From Octopus vulgaris (Eukaryota): 64,000 nucleotides of DNA. The stretch's first letter is position 1, and the number at the start of each line of letters is the position of its first letter. The stretch is taken from the NCBI GenBank assembly GCA_951406725.2, contig OX597818.1:67394001-67458000 (forward strand). The letters run 5' to 3'. Of this stretch, positions 41,240 through 56,053 are shown in pieces. A program made the translations under genes and the position numbers. The notes under the pieces were generated by a model. The model was given only the letters and a program-made list of their open reading frames with translations, ran no database searches and had not been told where the DNA came from.

Positions 41240-42244
41240 TGTATATATATATATATATATATATACATGTGTGTCTAAAATTCGGGTATAACTGAAAGGT
41301 ATGTGTTGAATGAAAAATGTTGGCTGAGAACTGAAACGAGTAAAAGGAACTACGGAGATCTCACTGGCACTGAAACAAATGCAATATGACTATGGTAGGG
41401 AACAGCACTCGCTTCCGTATTTAGGTGCAATATACACTATAAGGTACGAAATTCTCGTGGCGCTGAGACACCTGCTGAAGATGCAAAAGAGATTCCGGCA
41501 TTGCAATACCTTTAAGCACGAACAATGGGAAGATATTGTAATACCTATAATTAGATCACGCTCTCATTTACTATCTGATTTTCAAATTCATATTTCATCA
41601 TCTTTATTACTAAAATATCTAACACACGGTTCACATTATTCCTCTGTGCAATGGAACAATTTTGTCATTAATTCAAGACATTTCCCCGATAATATAGTTC
41701 CTTCTTTTATGCGGTCATTTAAACAGAGGCGACCACTTCATCTCCCCATATAAGCTGTCAATATTTAAATGCTGTACGAACCAGAAAAGATGTTACTATG
41801 ATTTTGTTGACGTAATCGCACTAACAGTAATATTACATACAATTTTCGGATATATTTATTTATGTCTCAATGATAATCCATGTGAATCGAATTTAGTTTA
41901 CTTACTTTGTCAGTGCCAGGAAGAATAAACTATTTAATCACACAAATCTGCGACACAAACCACATTATTAGTTTTGCTTCATCTGTCGGTGTTTTTTGTT
42001 GTTATCCAGTTCTTTCATTCCATTTTTTGCAAATTTAATCAGACTTTTCGAATAGCGACGTATATTAAGACTCGAATCCAAAATTAGATTAAATCTAAAC
42101 AATCTGAAAGCTGTCTAGCACGATGGTATTTTTGGTATAATTGTTTACCAACACCCACACGCTAACACAGGCATATATATATACACACATACAAATATAT
42201 ATACATTGATATATACATATATATATGTACATACATACACATAG

Positions 42245-42296
<52 letters not shown>

Positions 42297-42573
42297 TTAT
42301 ATATTTATGTACATACGACATATGTGTGTGTGTGTGTGCATGTTTGTGTAACTAACATAACTACCCTTGATGGGGAATTTTCTTTTACATATGTTTAGCC
42401 TATGTCTTTCCGATGACGGAATGGAAGCCTCGTTTGACACCATGTTCCAAGCGCTGAAATATTCTAGAAACATCTTTGAAAATAGCAAACCTTTTTTGCC
42501 TATGATTAAATTTAAATTAAACGTACATGTTAAATCTGTTTGCTTTTTCTTTTCTGCTTTATACAATGTGCGT

Positions 42574-42614
<41 letters not shown>

Positions 42615-42674
42615 TGCACGCGCTTGTGTGTGTGTATAAAGATGTGTGTGTATAAAGATAAAGACGGAGGGAGA

Positions 42675-42736
42675 GATTAGATATAGAGATCGAAATATAG
42701 ATACAGATAGACAGAGGGATAGAGAAAGAGACAGGC

Positions 42737-42767
<31 letters not shown>

Positions 42768-42802
42768 CAGATAGATAGATAGATAGATAGAGATAGATAG
42801 AC

Positions 42803-42857
<55 letters not shown>

Positions 42858-42893
42858 GAGACAGATAGAAAAATAGATAGATAAGTAGATAGA

Positions 42894-42929
<36 letters not shown>

Positions 42930-42950
42930 AATACAGACAGACAGATAGAC

Positions 42951-43025
<75 letters not shown>

Positions 43026-43061
43026 CAGAGAGATAGAAAAATAGATAGATAAGTAGATAGA

Positions 43062-43097
<36 letters not shown>

Positions 43098-43118
43098 AAT
43101 ACAGACAGACAGACAGAC

Positions 43119-43155
<37 letters not shown>

Positions 43156-43156
43156 T

Positions 43157-43211
<55 letters not shown>

Positions 43212-43222
43212 CATAGATAGAT
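42675..43222. repeat. (GATA/GACA)n array with an internal higher-order duplication
   Basis: The interruption pattern GAAAAATAG..GATAAGTAG..GAAATACAG recurs at ~42868-42935 and ~43036-43103. Confidence 0.95.
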
Positions 43223-43309
43223 GTGGTGATTAGCAGTTAAGTGCTCAATGATTGAGACACGTAGATTTTCTGCATGATAGTTCTGCCGACCGCAGCATAT
43301 TATGTTCTG

Positions 43310-43470
43310 GCCAACTTCCGTTTCCAATGGAGATCTTTGATAACCTTCTGTCGACTGAGTTCTCTGTGATTATTCCAGAATACGTAATGGAATTCGTAAA
43401 AAGCTAATGAAGTCTCTTGCAGACTTAGCTGAATAAAGACTCAGTTGAATGAAGACAAAGGGAAGTTGCA
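43310..43470 (+). mobile_element. very degenerate RTE-like RT fragment
   Basis: [20 protein letters not shown] resembles PWELLYADD..AES..KTK. Confidence 0.3.
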
Positions 43471-44861
43471 GCTACTTGACCGTAATTTTTATTATTTTTT
43501 TGGTGTCATTCTTTTTTTTCAAAATCCCACGTCGGTGTTGTTATGTTGATTCTCCACTCACGGTAATATAAGGTGCTGTTGTACTATTTTTTCGCCAATG
43601 GCAACAATAAGAAAGCATCTCAGATATCCTGTTGGCTGCAACTGCGATTGTGCTTAGAAATTTTGATATAATGGTTGGCAGTGCTGCCGCTTGCGCAATA
43701 CACGTAATATTAAGAAACCATCACAAAACACACCAAAATATAGCGTAGCAAACAGCGGCCTTTCTCCAACATCCCCTCTCTGAATCACTCCCTCCCTCTA
43801 TCTATATGTCAATCTAGCTAGCTTCCACTTCCTTTCTCTTCCCTTCTATCTCTCTATCTCCGTGTCTCTGTCACTCTTGCGAATATTAACTGAGAATTAC
43901 AAGTGTATATTATTCGTGTTAGTTGGTTAGTTGGTTGTTTGGTTGGCTGGCTGGTTTAAAAATGTCATTAATGAATTCTTGTCAAACTGTATCAATGTAT
44001 GTTAAACAGTGTATCCATTAAATTATTTAATTTTGTGAAAGCTTACAAGTTGTAATGTTTTAATGATTACTAACTGGTTTATAGATTCTCGAAGTATATA
44101 TTACGCGATACGTTTTTAGCTGGGTCTAAGACGCAGAAAAAATACATTATTCAATGCTTCAAAAGCAGGATACACATTGTCTTTGATTCAGCGTTTTTCT
44201 ATGGATAAAGAAAATCAAAACCTGAATGCGTCGGGCAACATCTCATGCTAAGTGTCTTACATATAAGTGTATGTCTGTCTATATTTGAGTGTGTGTGTGT
44301 GTGTGTGTGCATATACACATACAAACACGCTCAAATATTTTTTCTTTTGACATATATTGGTTTCTAAAGACATATTCTTCATTATTTTTTAAATACTAGC
44401 AAATAGTATGATATTTCTAAGAAGTCATTTTAGTATTTCATGGAAGAAATAAACCTTCAAGAATATATAGAAATCCGTTATACAAAAGAGTCGTGATCAT
44501 GCGTCACCTTTCTAGCACGGTGATTGCTATCACGCAGGACGCCTCGGTTCAAATTGGTTGGTAGCTGCTGCCCGTTTTACCAAAGTATTGTGACATTTTA
44601 CACACGTAGATCTCATTGAATATAAAGCTATCACCGCACTTAATCGACCTCTTACATTAATTAATGCATCATAACCTTCTATACACGATCTGCCTCACAA
44701 GAATTGCATTTATAAATACTTCAAAGCATCATCGCTCTTATAGAGCCAGAAATAGTCTCTGAAAAATAATCGAAGTTTCTTTGTCTAACAATGGTTAGAG
44801 TGGCCCAAGTAAAACTTATATTCTCATTTCAAACATTTTCTCTTCTTGTTTTATATATATA

Positions 44862-44896
<35 letters not shown>

Positions 44897-44920
44897 GCAC
44901 ATGTAAATACACAAACAAAT

Positions 44921-44963
<43 letters not shown>

Positions 44964-44989
44964 CATGCATACATACATACATATATATG

Positions 44990-45057
<68 letters not shown>

Positions 45058-47058
45058 TGTGTGTGTGTGTGTGTGTGTATAAAGGCCCTCGTGAATTCCA
45101 TTTACTCATGGCTGGCTCTGATAATGACCGAAACCAATCAAAGCTATCTTATTTCAAGATTAAGAGAAAGCGTTTCCTGTATACACCCAAAGCCTCACTA
45201 AAGAGCTTTGAGGTGAGTACTAACATCTGGGGAACGAACGCAGGATCACCCTGCCTGGGGGACCCGCAACCACAGAAGTACAACATCCTATGAACATAAC
45301 AATGTTGCTCGGGTGCAAAGAGAATACGAGCTGCGCGAGGGGAGGCACAGTTCCTTGCCTTCAAACCAAACAGACCTCTTCATGAAATGGATCACTGATG
45401 AGGTCCAATCCGATGACGATGGATATTAGGGATTACACTGTGCTAACCGCAAGGACACCGACTCTGGTGTCAAAGTCATATGATTCGTGGGAACACATGT
45501 AGCGATGCATTAAATATTCATAAATTCTATCCTAAAATTCTTTTCGTCATATGCATCTCTGTCTCTCATATATATATATAAAGCATACATACATATACAT
45601 ATATGTATATATTTATACAGATAGACATACATACACGTGCACACGCACACACACACACACACATATATTAGCGTGTGCGTATTCATTTCAAGTTTTATCT
45701 GATTCTTATTTTCTTCCGGTGCGATTACAGCCCGGCAGGATTTCCCCCAAAGGTTTGTTAATCTAATCGACACCGGGACGCATTTTAAGTCAGGCAAAAT
45801 TCTCTAAGCCATGTTTCCATGAAGCGTTTAATTTCTGGAAATATAAAGTGTTTCTGAAGCATTGGGAATCAAGTGCAAGCGGAAATCGTACGAAAACATA
45901 AGTAAACACATGCGAACACACACACATGGACACGTGCATATATAATTGCTCTACGCATAACATTTTACATCCATTTACATACATAAGGCATTGGTGTTCG
46001 AATATTATGATTTAAAAAAACTGACCCAAAATGCCGCGTTGAAGGACTGAACCTGGATCCATTATAACAACAAATTCACTAATATTAAAGCTGTGTTATT
46101 GCACATTTGAAACTGATCAAATTAATTGCTGCCACTAACGATGCAATTGCATTTACCATTCTCTGTTATACAAGAATGTTAAAACCCTAGAATCATCCAT
46201 TTCAAAGCTATTAATACAAGCACGAAATCATCACGAACAATAAACTTACAAATATATGACCAAACATAGAATTCCTCAGCAATAGACTGAAGAAAATCAT
46301 GAAGAAACATAAATCAAGAAAATACGGATTATCTTCTTGGTTATCTGCCTGGTCAGCTCTAGAATAATTTGAAGTTTTTCTGTATTTTTGCTTTTTTTGT
46401 CTTCCGAAAAATGGAAAGTTGGCATAATTTTCAATAGTATTTTCCAGGCCGATAATGCAAATCTTCCTGGTAATCTGTCTGGTCATCTGATAAACTCTTT
46501 GAAATGTTTCAGAAGATGGACATAGTTGGCACAATTTCCACCATGGCCGTCGTATGTCCACAAATGACGTCAGTAACTACAGCAATCAATATAGACTTGA
46601 CGAAGTGTTTACCCATCATCAAATCAAACCACCTACAAAACAAAGAAGCATTACATTATATCTCTTGGCCTCTCATACATTCTATAACTATAGTAATAAA
46701 ATGAAATGTACGCATATCAGACACTAAAGCATGTTCCGAGAGATCAATAGATATGAGAATGCTTCTATTGAGGCACATCTGAATTTACCTTTCGCTTCTC
46801 AGAAGGTGACCTGTACAACAAGAAGAAGGGTGAAAATATGGTCCACATATGGGACAATATTCGAGACACTCTATCGTAGAATACAAGGCCAATCCTATAT
46901 TTAACAGCATTATAAATATAAGATACATTGCGACACATACAAATAAAGCAACTGGATAGAATTAATGAATGTTATGGAAAGAACTTCCCAATCTTCGAAT
47001 CTATTTTGCAGTAATTCTCTAAATTATTTTCTAATTTATTACGATAGCGTATTAGAGA

Positions 47059-47141
47059 TAGTGGTTCCTAACCCTTTAACTTAAATTAGTTTCCCCTCCT
47101 ACTCACTTTAATATACTAATCAATATGTATATGATTATATG

Positions 47142-47214
<73 letters not shown>

Positions 47215-47471
47215 GTATATATTACATACATATAACAGGAATGACCACTAAGTGGAAATCCATTATGCTAGAAGTAGACACCCTATGGACTACCTTTAGC
47301 ATGATGAGCGTCCAGTTAGTGGTGATTAGTGGTCTTATATGTATGTAATATATTTTTTCTTAATTTTCATATTTTTCAATATGCTAGACCACTGGTTTTA
47401 AGTTGATATTAATCAAATTAATACTCAACTTTTCACCCTTATTTTAAAGTTATATATACATACATACATAC

Positions 47472-47560
<89 letters not shown>

Positions 47561-47637
47561 TATATATATAGGAAAGTTTGAATTTAATTCAAGAACCCCT
47601 GGTATTACCTCTACGGACCGCAGGTTTGGGACCACTG
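47059..47637. mobile_element. hAT (Charlie-like) MITE interrupted by (TA)n
   Basis: Ends TAGTGGTTCCTAACC and GGTTTGGGACCACTG resemble CAGTGGTTCCCAACC TIRs; no clear 8-bp TSD. Confidence 0.6.
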
Positions 47638-47784
47638 ATATAAGGAATACCATAAAGCGTATATCACTTTACAAACCCACAAATAACACAAACGTTTGAT
47701 TGCTCGCAATGCATAGTTCTCTTGTTCACACGTCTGTAGTTTGCTTTGCTGGCAAATATGAGTTGTACCTGCATTTGAAAAGGC

Positions 47785-47915
47785 CAAGGTCTTCCCATTG
47801 TTAGTCACGGTGAATCCTCGTCAGAACTATGTTCAGAGAACACGTGTCCGTGGAGTACTCAGCAACTTACTCGTTAATTTGAGGATGAGGTTGTTCCGTT
47901 GATCAGTTCGATGGG
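47785..47915 (+). mobile_element. SINE family C, 3' fragment; another fragment at 33530-33675
   Basis: GTGGAGTACTCAGC..CGTTAATTT..TGTTCCGTTGATC matches the reverse complement of 61930-62030. Confidence 0.75.
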
Positions 47916-48830
47916 AACTTACCCCGACATGGCTCACGCAGTGATGGTTAGTAACTCTCTAGGATAGAGAATAGAAAGAAGAAAAAAGCACGACCAATTT
48001 ACTCCACGCTAAAACAACTGATGAAGTAAATAATTTAAAAAATGGTAAACTCCATAAATATTATATGAATACTGATTCCAATGAGGTTCTGTTATGGGTA
48101 AACATCTCATGAAAACATATCCTAAAATATAAATACAAAATATACGGAACCGTTTTACATATTCAGAATATAAAAACGTCATTATTAAGATCAACTCACT
48201 AATAACATTATGAACGTACTTCAGATGCAGAATGTATTATACAGATTTCATTGCAAATACGAATGAAGGTTCATGACCAAATTTGTTAAGTTCGGTAAAG
48301 CAATTAGGATATTATCTCGTTGTTTGGCGATTCGATTGCAACCGTGGCCCATTGCAACTCAATCTAATTGTCTATAAGAAATAGGATAGAAAAACTGATA
48401 CAATGGCGGTTTTCTTTTGTAATTCCATTCTTAAATCAGTATGAATATTGTGGATATACTAATAGCGAAATATAACGCTAAATTAAACACAAAAACATCT
48501 TGACTAAAATTATACCTTAAAATTTAACAGATGCTGCCGTTGTGTAATTCTAAATATGGAGTTGGTTATTTGATCAGTTAGAACATTACTTTGCGACTAG
48601 ATGCTCCTCGCAAACACCACACCATTAACATTGTCGTTGAGAGGTTTCTTACCTTATTTTATTTTGGGGGGGCTTTTGTAAATTTCGAGTTTGTATATGG
48701 ACACATAACCAAGGTCCTGTTGGTATTGATTTTACTCACTGCCGTAAATATCTATCTATCTACCTATCAACATACACAGACACAGACAGACAGAAACACA
48801 CAGACGTATGTATTGAGAGACAAATCCATA

Positions 48831-48888
<58 letters not shown>

Positions 48889-49004
48889 AAAAGAGAGAGA
48901 GAAGGACTGAGACAAAGAGACATTTACATACAGAGATTTAAATATTCTAGACGTTACGTTATTGCAATGATATAAAAAGAGGTATTAAAACGTTTCTCAA
49001 AGCA

Positions 49005-49066
<62 letters not shown>

Positions 49067-49114
49067 AGGGGTGTCTTCATGTATGTATATATCCATACAT
49101 ATATACATATGTGC

Positions 49115-49154
<40 letters not shown>

Positions 49155-50213
49155 GCGTGTATGCGTGTGTATATATATTTATATGTGCTTGTATATACAA
49201 AATATATATTTATATACAAATACTTGCATATGTACTCAGAGAGAGAGAGGGGACACATTCATGAAGACAGAGTAATAGAAAGAAATACTCTGATATTTAG
49301 ATGTTTCTAGTGACGATATGGTAGAGAGAGATGAGATTTTAAAAAATATTTATGTTTATCTTTTCTACATGATCTCTAAAGTATTTGCAGAATAATCTTT
49401 TATTCACAATGTATTTTATTTCTAAACATCTTTTGCACATGTCAGAGTTTCGACTTCCTCCATTTTCTTTAACTATTTAACACATTGTATATCTTTTCAA
49501 CAAGGCATTGTTTCTTTCTATTTTAATGTGGGCAGGAGTGAGCTGAAGTTTTCGGAATTTTCTATTTCCTTAGAAATAAGTTTTATATCGTCAGAAAAAT
49601 CTTGCTTTTAAATCATTGATTTGATTTTTATACCTTGAAACTCACATTTGCTTCTGCGCTATTACAAAGTTATTATTTCACTTCATATAGATAGAGTTGA
49701 TTCTCTTAACATTTCCATTATTGGAAATCTAGGAGCTGATAGATTTCATATGCATGCAATAGATGTATAAGTCGTCGATTCAACTGGATGAAAAGACAGG
49801 GAAATTTTATTGAGATTTTTAAAAGCGCTAGAAAATGTAGTTTCAGAAATAGATCCTGTGTAATGAATTATTTTACATGGAACGAGAAATGAAGGAGGAG
49901 ATATAGAGATTATGATGAAGACGCTAGTTGAGGAGTGTTGCAAGTGTAATGGGGTTATAACATGTGGAGGAAGTTAAATGATCTGGAAAAGAATTGCAGC
50001 GTATTGAAAGAAGGAATTAAGTACGTAGCTATTAATATTGTGTTGCACAGGTAATAAAAACCTAGCACTTTCTTTCGCTTTCAGGTTGATGTAAAAGATT
50101 CTAAATAAAATAATTATATCGCATCTATATTGTGTGTGCTTGTGTGCGTGTGTTCTCGAAAATGTATATATATATATATTTATGTGTGTGTATGTATACA
50201 TGTATGCATCTGG

Positions 50214-50248
<35 letters not shown>

Positions 50249-50553
50249 TATATATACATACATAAATATTTGTCCATATATTTACATATACATATTCATG
50301 GATAGATCTATACATATATATATATATATATATATATAGATAGATAGATACAGACAAACGTCCACATTTATGTAAATACACACACACATTTATGGCGCAT
50401 TTCTTTGTATGTGATGAGCATTGGTGCGTGTGTGTGCACAAGCCAGAAAATTAAGCAGGGATGTTGTTTTAAGCAAAAAAATGCAAATTTATTCCTCACC
50501 TTGCTCTGGCAGATCGTGAAAGGAAAGAAAACAATTCCAAAGATAAATACCCA

Positions 50554-50607
<54 letters not shown>

Positions 50608-50808
50608 CCTAACGCGGGGTGAATATGCATGCTTGCTCGAGCTGTGAGTATACGAATACGAAGTATGAAATTTTGCCTCAAACGAACATGAATCTGAAAT
50701 TAGAACTTTTCCAGAATATATTTACATTTGCAAGAATATATTTATATACGCGTTTACAGATAACTCGACTGTGTTATCAGTATGGCGTATATGGTATATG
50801 GTATATAC

Positions 50809-50921
<113 letters not shown>

Positions 50922-51075
50922 GGGGGGGGAATTGATGTGTTACAAAACTATTCCGAACATACAATATCAACCATACCAGCAATCCAGCATACATCCATCA
51001 TAAGCTGTCCCAGGGGTATCACTATAGATTCAACATCTAGGTACATATGTATATCTATGTATATATATATATATA

Positions 51076-51883
51076 TATTAGAAGAAATGAAGTACTCAGA
51101 AAATCGGTTGGTTTATATTTAAAGATATTCATTTGTATATTATATTTTTTATACATCATATAACCTAGATCATGTATTAGCGCTTTCTCCCATTCTAGTG
51201 GGGTTTTCAAATCAAACCAAGTTTCTGTGTGAAAGGTTTTGACCATTTTATAGTGGTATTGAGTTTGTAGTGGTGGGGAGGAATACAAGACAGTACAAGA
51301 GGGTGATGGATGAGGAGAAAGTGAGAGAGAGAGCATGTGTGTGTGTGTGCGCGCATGCGCGCGCGTGTGTGTGTGTGTGCATTTTTGTATTTGGAATGAG
51401 TGCTAAAGAAAAAAAGGGGAAGAGAGAGGGAAGAAGAAGAAAATATTTTTTTTTGCTCTGCTGGAGAGCATGCTTACTCCTAGGGCGTCTAAGTTCTTGG
51501 GGATAAAGAATTTCAATTTTGACCATTTCAGAGTGTTATTGAGTCTGTGGTGGTGGGGAGGTAGACCATAAATTATATTTATGTTTATCATTGTGAGAGA
51601 GAGTGTGTGTGTGTGTAACCATTTGACCATCCTTCATTAAGCACACACACACACACCCTCTTGAACTGTCTTATATTTCTCCCCACCACTACAAACTCAA
51701 TACCACTCTATAATGGTCAAAACGTTTCACACAGGAACTTAGTTTGATTTGAAAACCCCACTAGAATGGGAAAAAGCGCTAACACATGACCCAAGTTATA
51801 TGATGTATAAAAAATGTAATATACAAATGAATATCTTTAAATATAAACCATCCGATTTTCTGAGTACCTCATTTCTTCTAATA
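51076..51883. repeat. fold-back element with ~230-bp inverted arms between (TA)n tracts
   Basis: 51076-51305 and 51654-51883 are high-identity reverse complements (same KTPLEWEKAL peptide on both strands in the ORF track); third partial copy at 51516-51561. Confidence 0.92.
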
Positions 51884-51926
51884 AAAATACGTGTACATCA
51901 TCTCCAATCCTTCCAATATATATATG

Positions 51927-51979
<53 letters not shown>

Positions 51980-54442
51980 GAGATGAGCATGCACTTATAT
52001 GTACTGGCTTACATCACGTTTGATCTTGAAGACATATGTGATATGTGTGTACATGTGTGTGCCCATCCGTTCTTTTTTGCTTTTAAATTTTAAATCCCGG
52101 TATTCTAATAATCTACATTCTCTAAAAATTATTTGCTGCAAATTTTATTAGAAAACTTCTATATTTCAGAAAATTATTTCGGAAACAAATCGGAATCGTG
52201 GGATTTTACCAAAATTTTTTCACACTACGGGAAAATCGTTCCACAAACCTTCTTAATATAATTGGAATATACCCTGTCTGCCGTGGTTTTATGAAAAATT
52301 CATAAAAGTAAACATCGGATTTTTTTTACTTTAAATTTTTTGGGAAGTTACGTAAAGAAATTCGGCTGTGCACACCTATACAGGTGTGCCAAGCAATAGA
52401 ATTTTAACCTTTTTTTTGATACCGGCAAAGCATGCAAGGTTAGAAAATGTAAAATTCAAAGCAGGCAGTTCTACGGTGAAATGTTGCAGAGCAGTTAATA
52501 GTAAAAGATAAATTATGCATAACTGAAGAATATTAGCTGGGAATAAAAAAAGGAATCAAACTAAAGATTTAAGAGAAGTATTCGAACATCCAATATTAAG
52601 AAAATAGTGATTTAAATGATAGGTGAGTTGTTATTGCGCCCGTGTTTTAAACTGAAGTCCGGTATGAACTCATCCCTCCAGTATATCATTGCTCATGCAT
52701 AACCGGAACCCAATAATAATATGTATTTTAAGAAAGAAAGAAATCGAATGTGTGTTTCTGTGTGTGCGCGTGTGTGTGCATCTACGTGTGTGTGTATGTA
52801 CTAGTGTATGCATTTATGTATGTATAAGAAATAAAAGGAATTGATCAATCCAGTGAGATATCTATAAAACATGTTAAACGAAGTTAGTTTAGTCTATCAA
52901 AGAGATACCAATAAATACAAGGAGAATACACATCCAAGTTAATTCGTAATTGTATAAAAAGTAAAACTAAATATCGCTTAGAAGAATTTCAAGAAATTCG
53001 GAGTAATAAGATAACAAAAATACGAATGAATAGAAATCCATTCTTTAACCATCTGCCTACCAATAGGTCCAATGGACCCATTTCAGTATTTTTCAGTTGC
53101 TTTTTCCTGTTGTTTATATTATTTGATTTTGACGATTTCTCATGAATCTTATTTTTTCTTTACTCTTTTATTTGTCAAATGGGAAATTTTCTGTATTTTT
53201 ATAAAAGCTAAAAAATTTCGCTTTATACATAAATTAATGTATGCGTCCATTGTACCCTCGAATTAAATTCAGACAATACTCTTGTCATTCTAAACAATAA
53301 ACGAAGTATAAAATATCATTTTCTTAGATATTTATCACATATAAAATGGATAAAATTGTATTTAATTTATTTGCTGAATTTAGCATAAAACAGGAAAAAT
53401 CGTGAAAATATTCCTGTAAATTTGTATGGTTTTGCATCACCTTCAGTCTGCTAGGTTATAGGGTGATTCACTAGTTCTGTATGATGCAATTCTTAGAATA
53501 TATTGCTTCATCTTACAGGAGAATATAAATATGTGAGAGAGCAATATCTGCCTTTAGTCTGCTGTCAAGTTTCATATAGTTCACTTGTGATTTCCAATAT
53601 GCCTAGACGGGAAAACTTGAGTGAAGACTAAATATCGAAAAGGTTATTGGAATTAGATGAAGAATGGGAAGACGATATTAGTAATTCCTTCAATTGCTCT
53701 GAAGATTATGGTGAGAGCGATTGTGTGCTAGGCAGTTCAGGTTCTGTGTCATCAGATGATGAAGATACTCAAAACAATTATCTGCTAGCCATCCAATTAT
53801 AAATGAGAAAAGATTTTCTAGAGACAGACAATAGGTTTGCCATTCTAATTCTCAGACAGCAGTAACAACTTCATCTTGCAATATTGTGCACCAAGAATAT
53901 GGACCATCCTGTTTTAAGAAAAATTCTTGTGATGACATTGAAACACGATTTACCATCATTATGTGCCAGGAACCTCTTGAAGTAATCCGTAAATGGACAC
54001 ATTTTGATGATCAGGTTGTTTACAAAGATAAATAGAAGGAAATTGATCACTCAGAACTAAAGAAATTTATTGGACGGATTATTTTCGTAAGTTTTAAACA
54101 TTCTAAGCATGAAAATGTGACTGTTATTAAGTCAAGAATATGGCCGCCCAATACGCAACAAAATTGTTAACCGGGGAAGCTTTCAACAGATTTTACAGTT
54201 ATTGCATTTTGATGATGCTAGTGCAAGAAGAATAAAAGAGAAAAAAGATGATAAATTGGAGCCCACAAGAGAAGTATTTGAAATGTGGACTCAGAATTTG
54301 CAAAATAGATATGTTCCAAGTTCATGCATGGCAGCTGGCCCATTCCGGATATATACATTACATCAAAACCAGTGAAATACGGAATTAGAATTTCAACAAT
54401 AGGTGACTGTGTAACAACTTATTCTTGGAACATGCAAATCTA

Positions 54443-56053
54443 CAGTTGCCGCCAAAATGTTCAGAACGGCAGTGTTTTCGTCAGTAAATTAAGTATAAGT
54501 TTTTATCAAAGTTGTTTTATATTCTATAATTTTTACAGACAATAAATATGATGTCATGTATCATTGTCTGAGATTTTGGTGTAATTGGAGAGGATAATAA
54601 AAAGTTATGGATGATTTAGTAATTTACTGCAAAACCCATGCCGGCCAAAATGATCAGAACGGTTGAAAAAAATAACAAAATAATCAAAAATGACAGAGAA
54701 TACAGGAATTATTTAATATTTAGCCTCAATCACACTTTGACATCGACTGCATGAGGAAATTAAGTTTTCAATTTCTTGCTGGGTGATCTTATTCCATTCT
54801 TCCGGAAGGGCATTCCATAATTGCTCGGTTGTTTTAGGATTTCTGGCTTTCAAACGTTCTCCTAGAATATTCCACACATTTTCAATAGGATTAAGATCTG
54901 GGCTTTGAGCAGGCCAATCCATAACAATAACCTTTTCAGCCTTGAGGAAGTTCATGACCACCTTAGCCTTGTGACATGGGGCATTGTCCTGCAAGAATAT
55001 GGGTGATCGCTTAGTTGAATTTCTCAGCACAGGCAAGACATGATCTTTTACAAGTTGTTTATAAACTCCTGCATTTACCTTTCCATGTAATCGCACCAAA
55101 GGGCCCATACCATCTCCAGATATCATCCCCCAAACCATGACACTTCCTCCACCGAATTTAACACTAGTCTTAAGGCATTTAGGCGACAATTTTTCACCTA
55201 CTTTTCGGCAAACGTACCTTTTCCCATCTGAGCCAAATAACATAAACTTAGATTCATCACAGAAATGCACCGTTTGCCATTTTTCTTGAGACCACAACAC
55301 ATGTTCGGTTGCAAAGGTAAGACGATACTTTTTATTCTTGGAGCTGATCAGTGGCTTCACTTCAGGTGCTCTTGCTTGTAGGTCATGTTCAACTAAACGA
55401 CTAGACACAGCTTTTCGAAATAAAGTTTTCTTCAGTATAATGCTCATTTCCCGAGAAACAGCAGCAGCAGTTTTAAATCTGTCCTTTTTAACCAACTTTA
55501 CCATAGCACGGCTTTCTCTCTTGGCCGTTATTCTTGGCCTACCTGTAGACTTCCTTGCTTCACATGAACCACAATCATCGTAGACCTTAAGAATACCGTT
55601 AACAACACTTTTTCACTTGTTAACAATCTTTGCAATAGACCCAATACTTAAATTATCCTTCTTTCGAAGCTTAATATTCTGCTGACGAATTGGTAACGGA
55701 GTAAGTGGCATTATATTAACAAAGTACACTGCAGATATTCTTACTAATGTTTAGTAAACAAACCGCCGGGTAAACAAATTCAAAACATTAGAGTTCACCG
55801 GTTAGATATACTAAAACACGGAGTAAAAGCAACCGTTCTGATCATTTTGTCCGCCATGGGTTTTGCAGTAAATCACTAAATCATCCAAAACTTTTGTATT
55901 ATCCTCTCAAATTACACCAAAATCTCAGACAATAACAATTACTATCGTATGTATTGTCTGTGAAAATTATAGAATATAAAACAACTTTGATAAAAACGTA
56001 TACATACTTTTTTGACGAAAACAATGCCGTTCTGAACATTTTGGCCGCAACTG
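54443..56053 (-). mobile_element. full-length 1611-bp Tc1 transposon with ~223-bp IR/DR-type TIRs and TA TSD
   Basis: TA|CAGTTGC ... GCAACTG|TA; TIRs 54443-54665 and 55830-56053, each with outer and inner GCCAAAATG(T/A)TCAGAACGG-like direct repeats. Confidence 0.96.
54713..55711 (-). pseudogene. Tc1 DD34E transposase with a premature stop
   Basis: ATG 55711 (MPLTPLPIRQ...) is in frame with ORF 54713-55504; TGA at 55613-55615; GRPR, FCDES, QDNAPCH-(34)-PDLNPIE; C-terminus appears slightly deleted. Confidence 0.94.

Noticed and set aside
42297-43327. 305-aa and 216-aa minus-strand ORFs
   Set aside because: They are open only because (TATC)n lacks stops in those frames.
46430-46570. IFQADNA...WPSY resembling a Tc1/mariner catalytic fragment
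   Set aside because: Too short and degenerate to call by eye.
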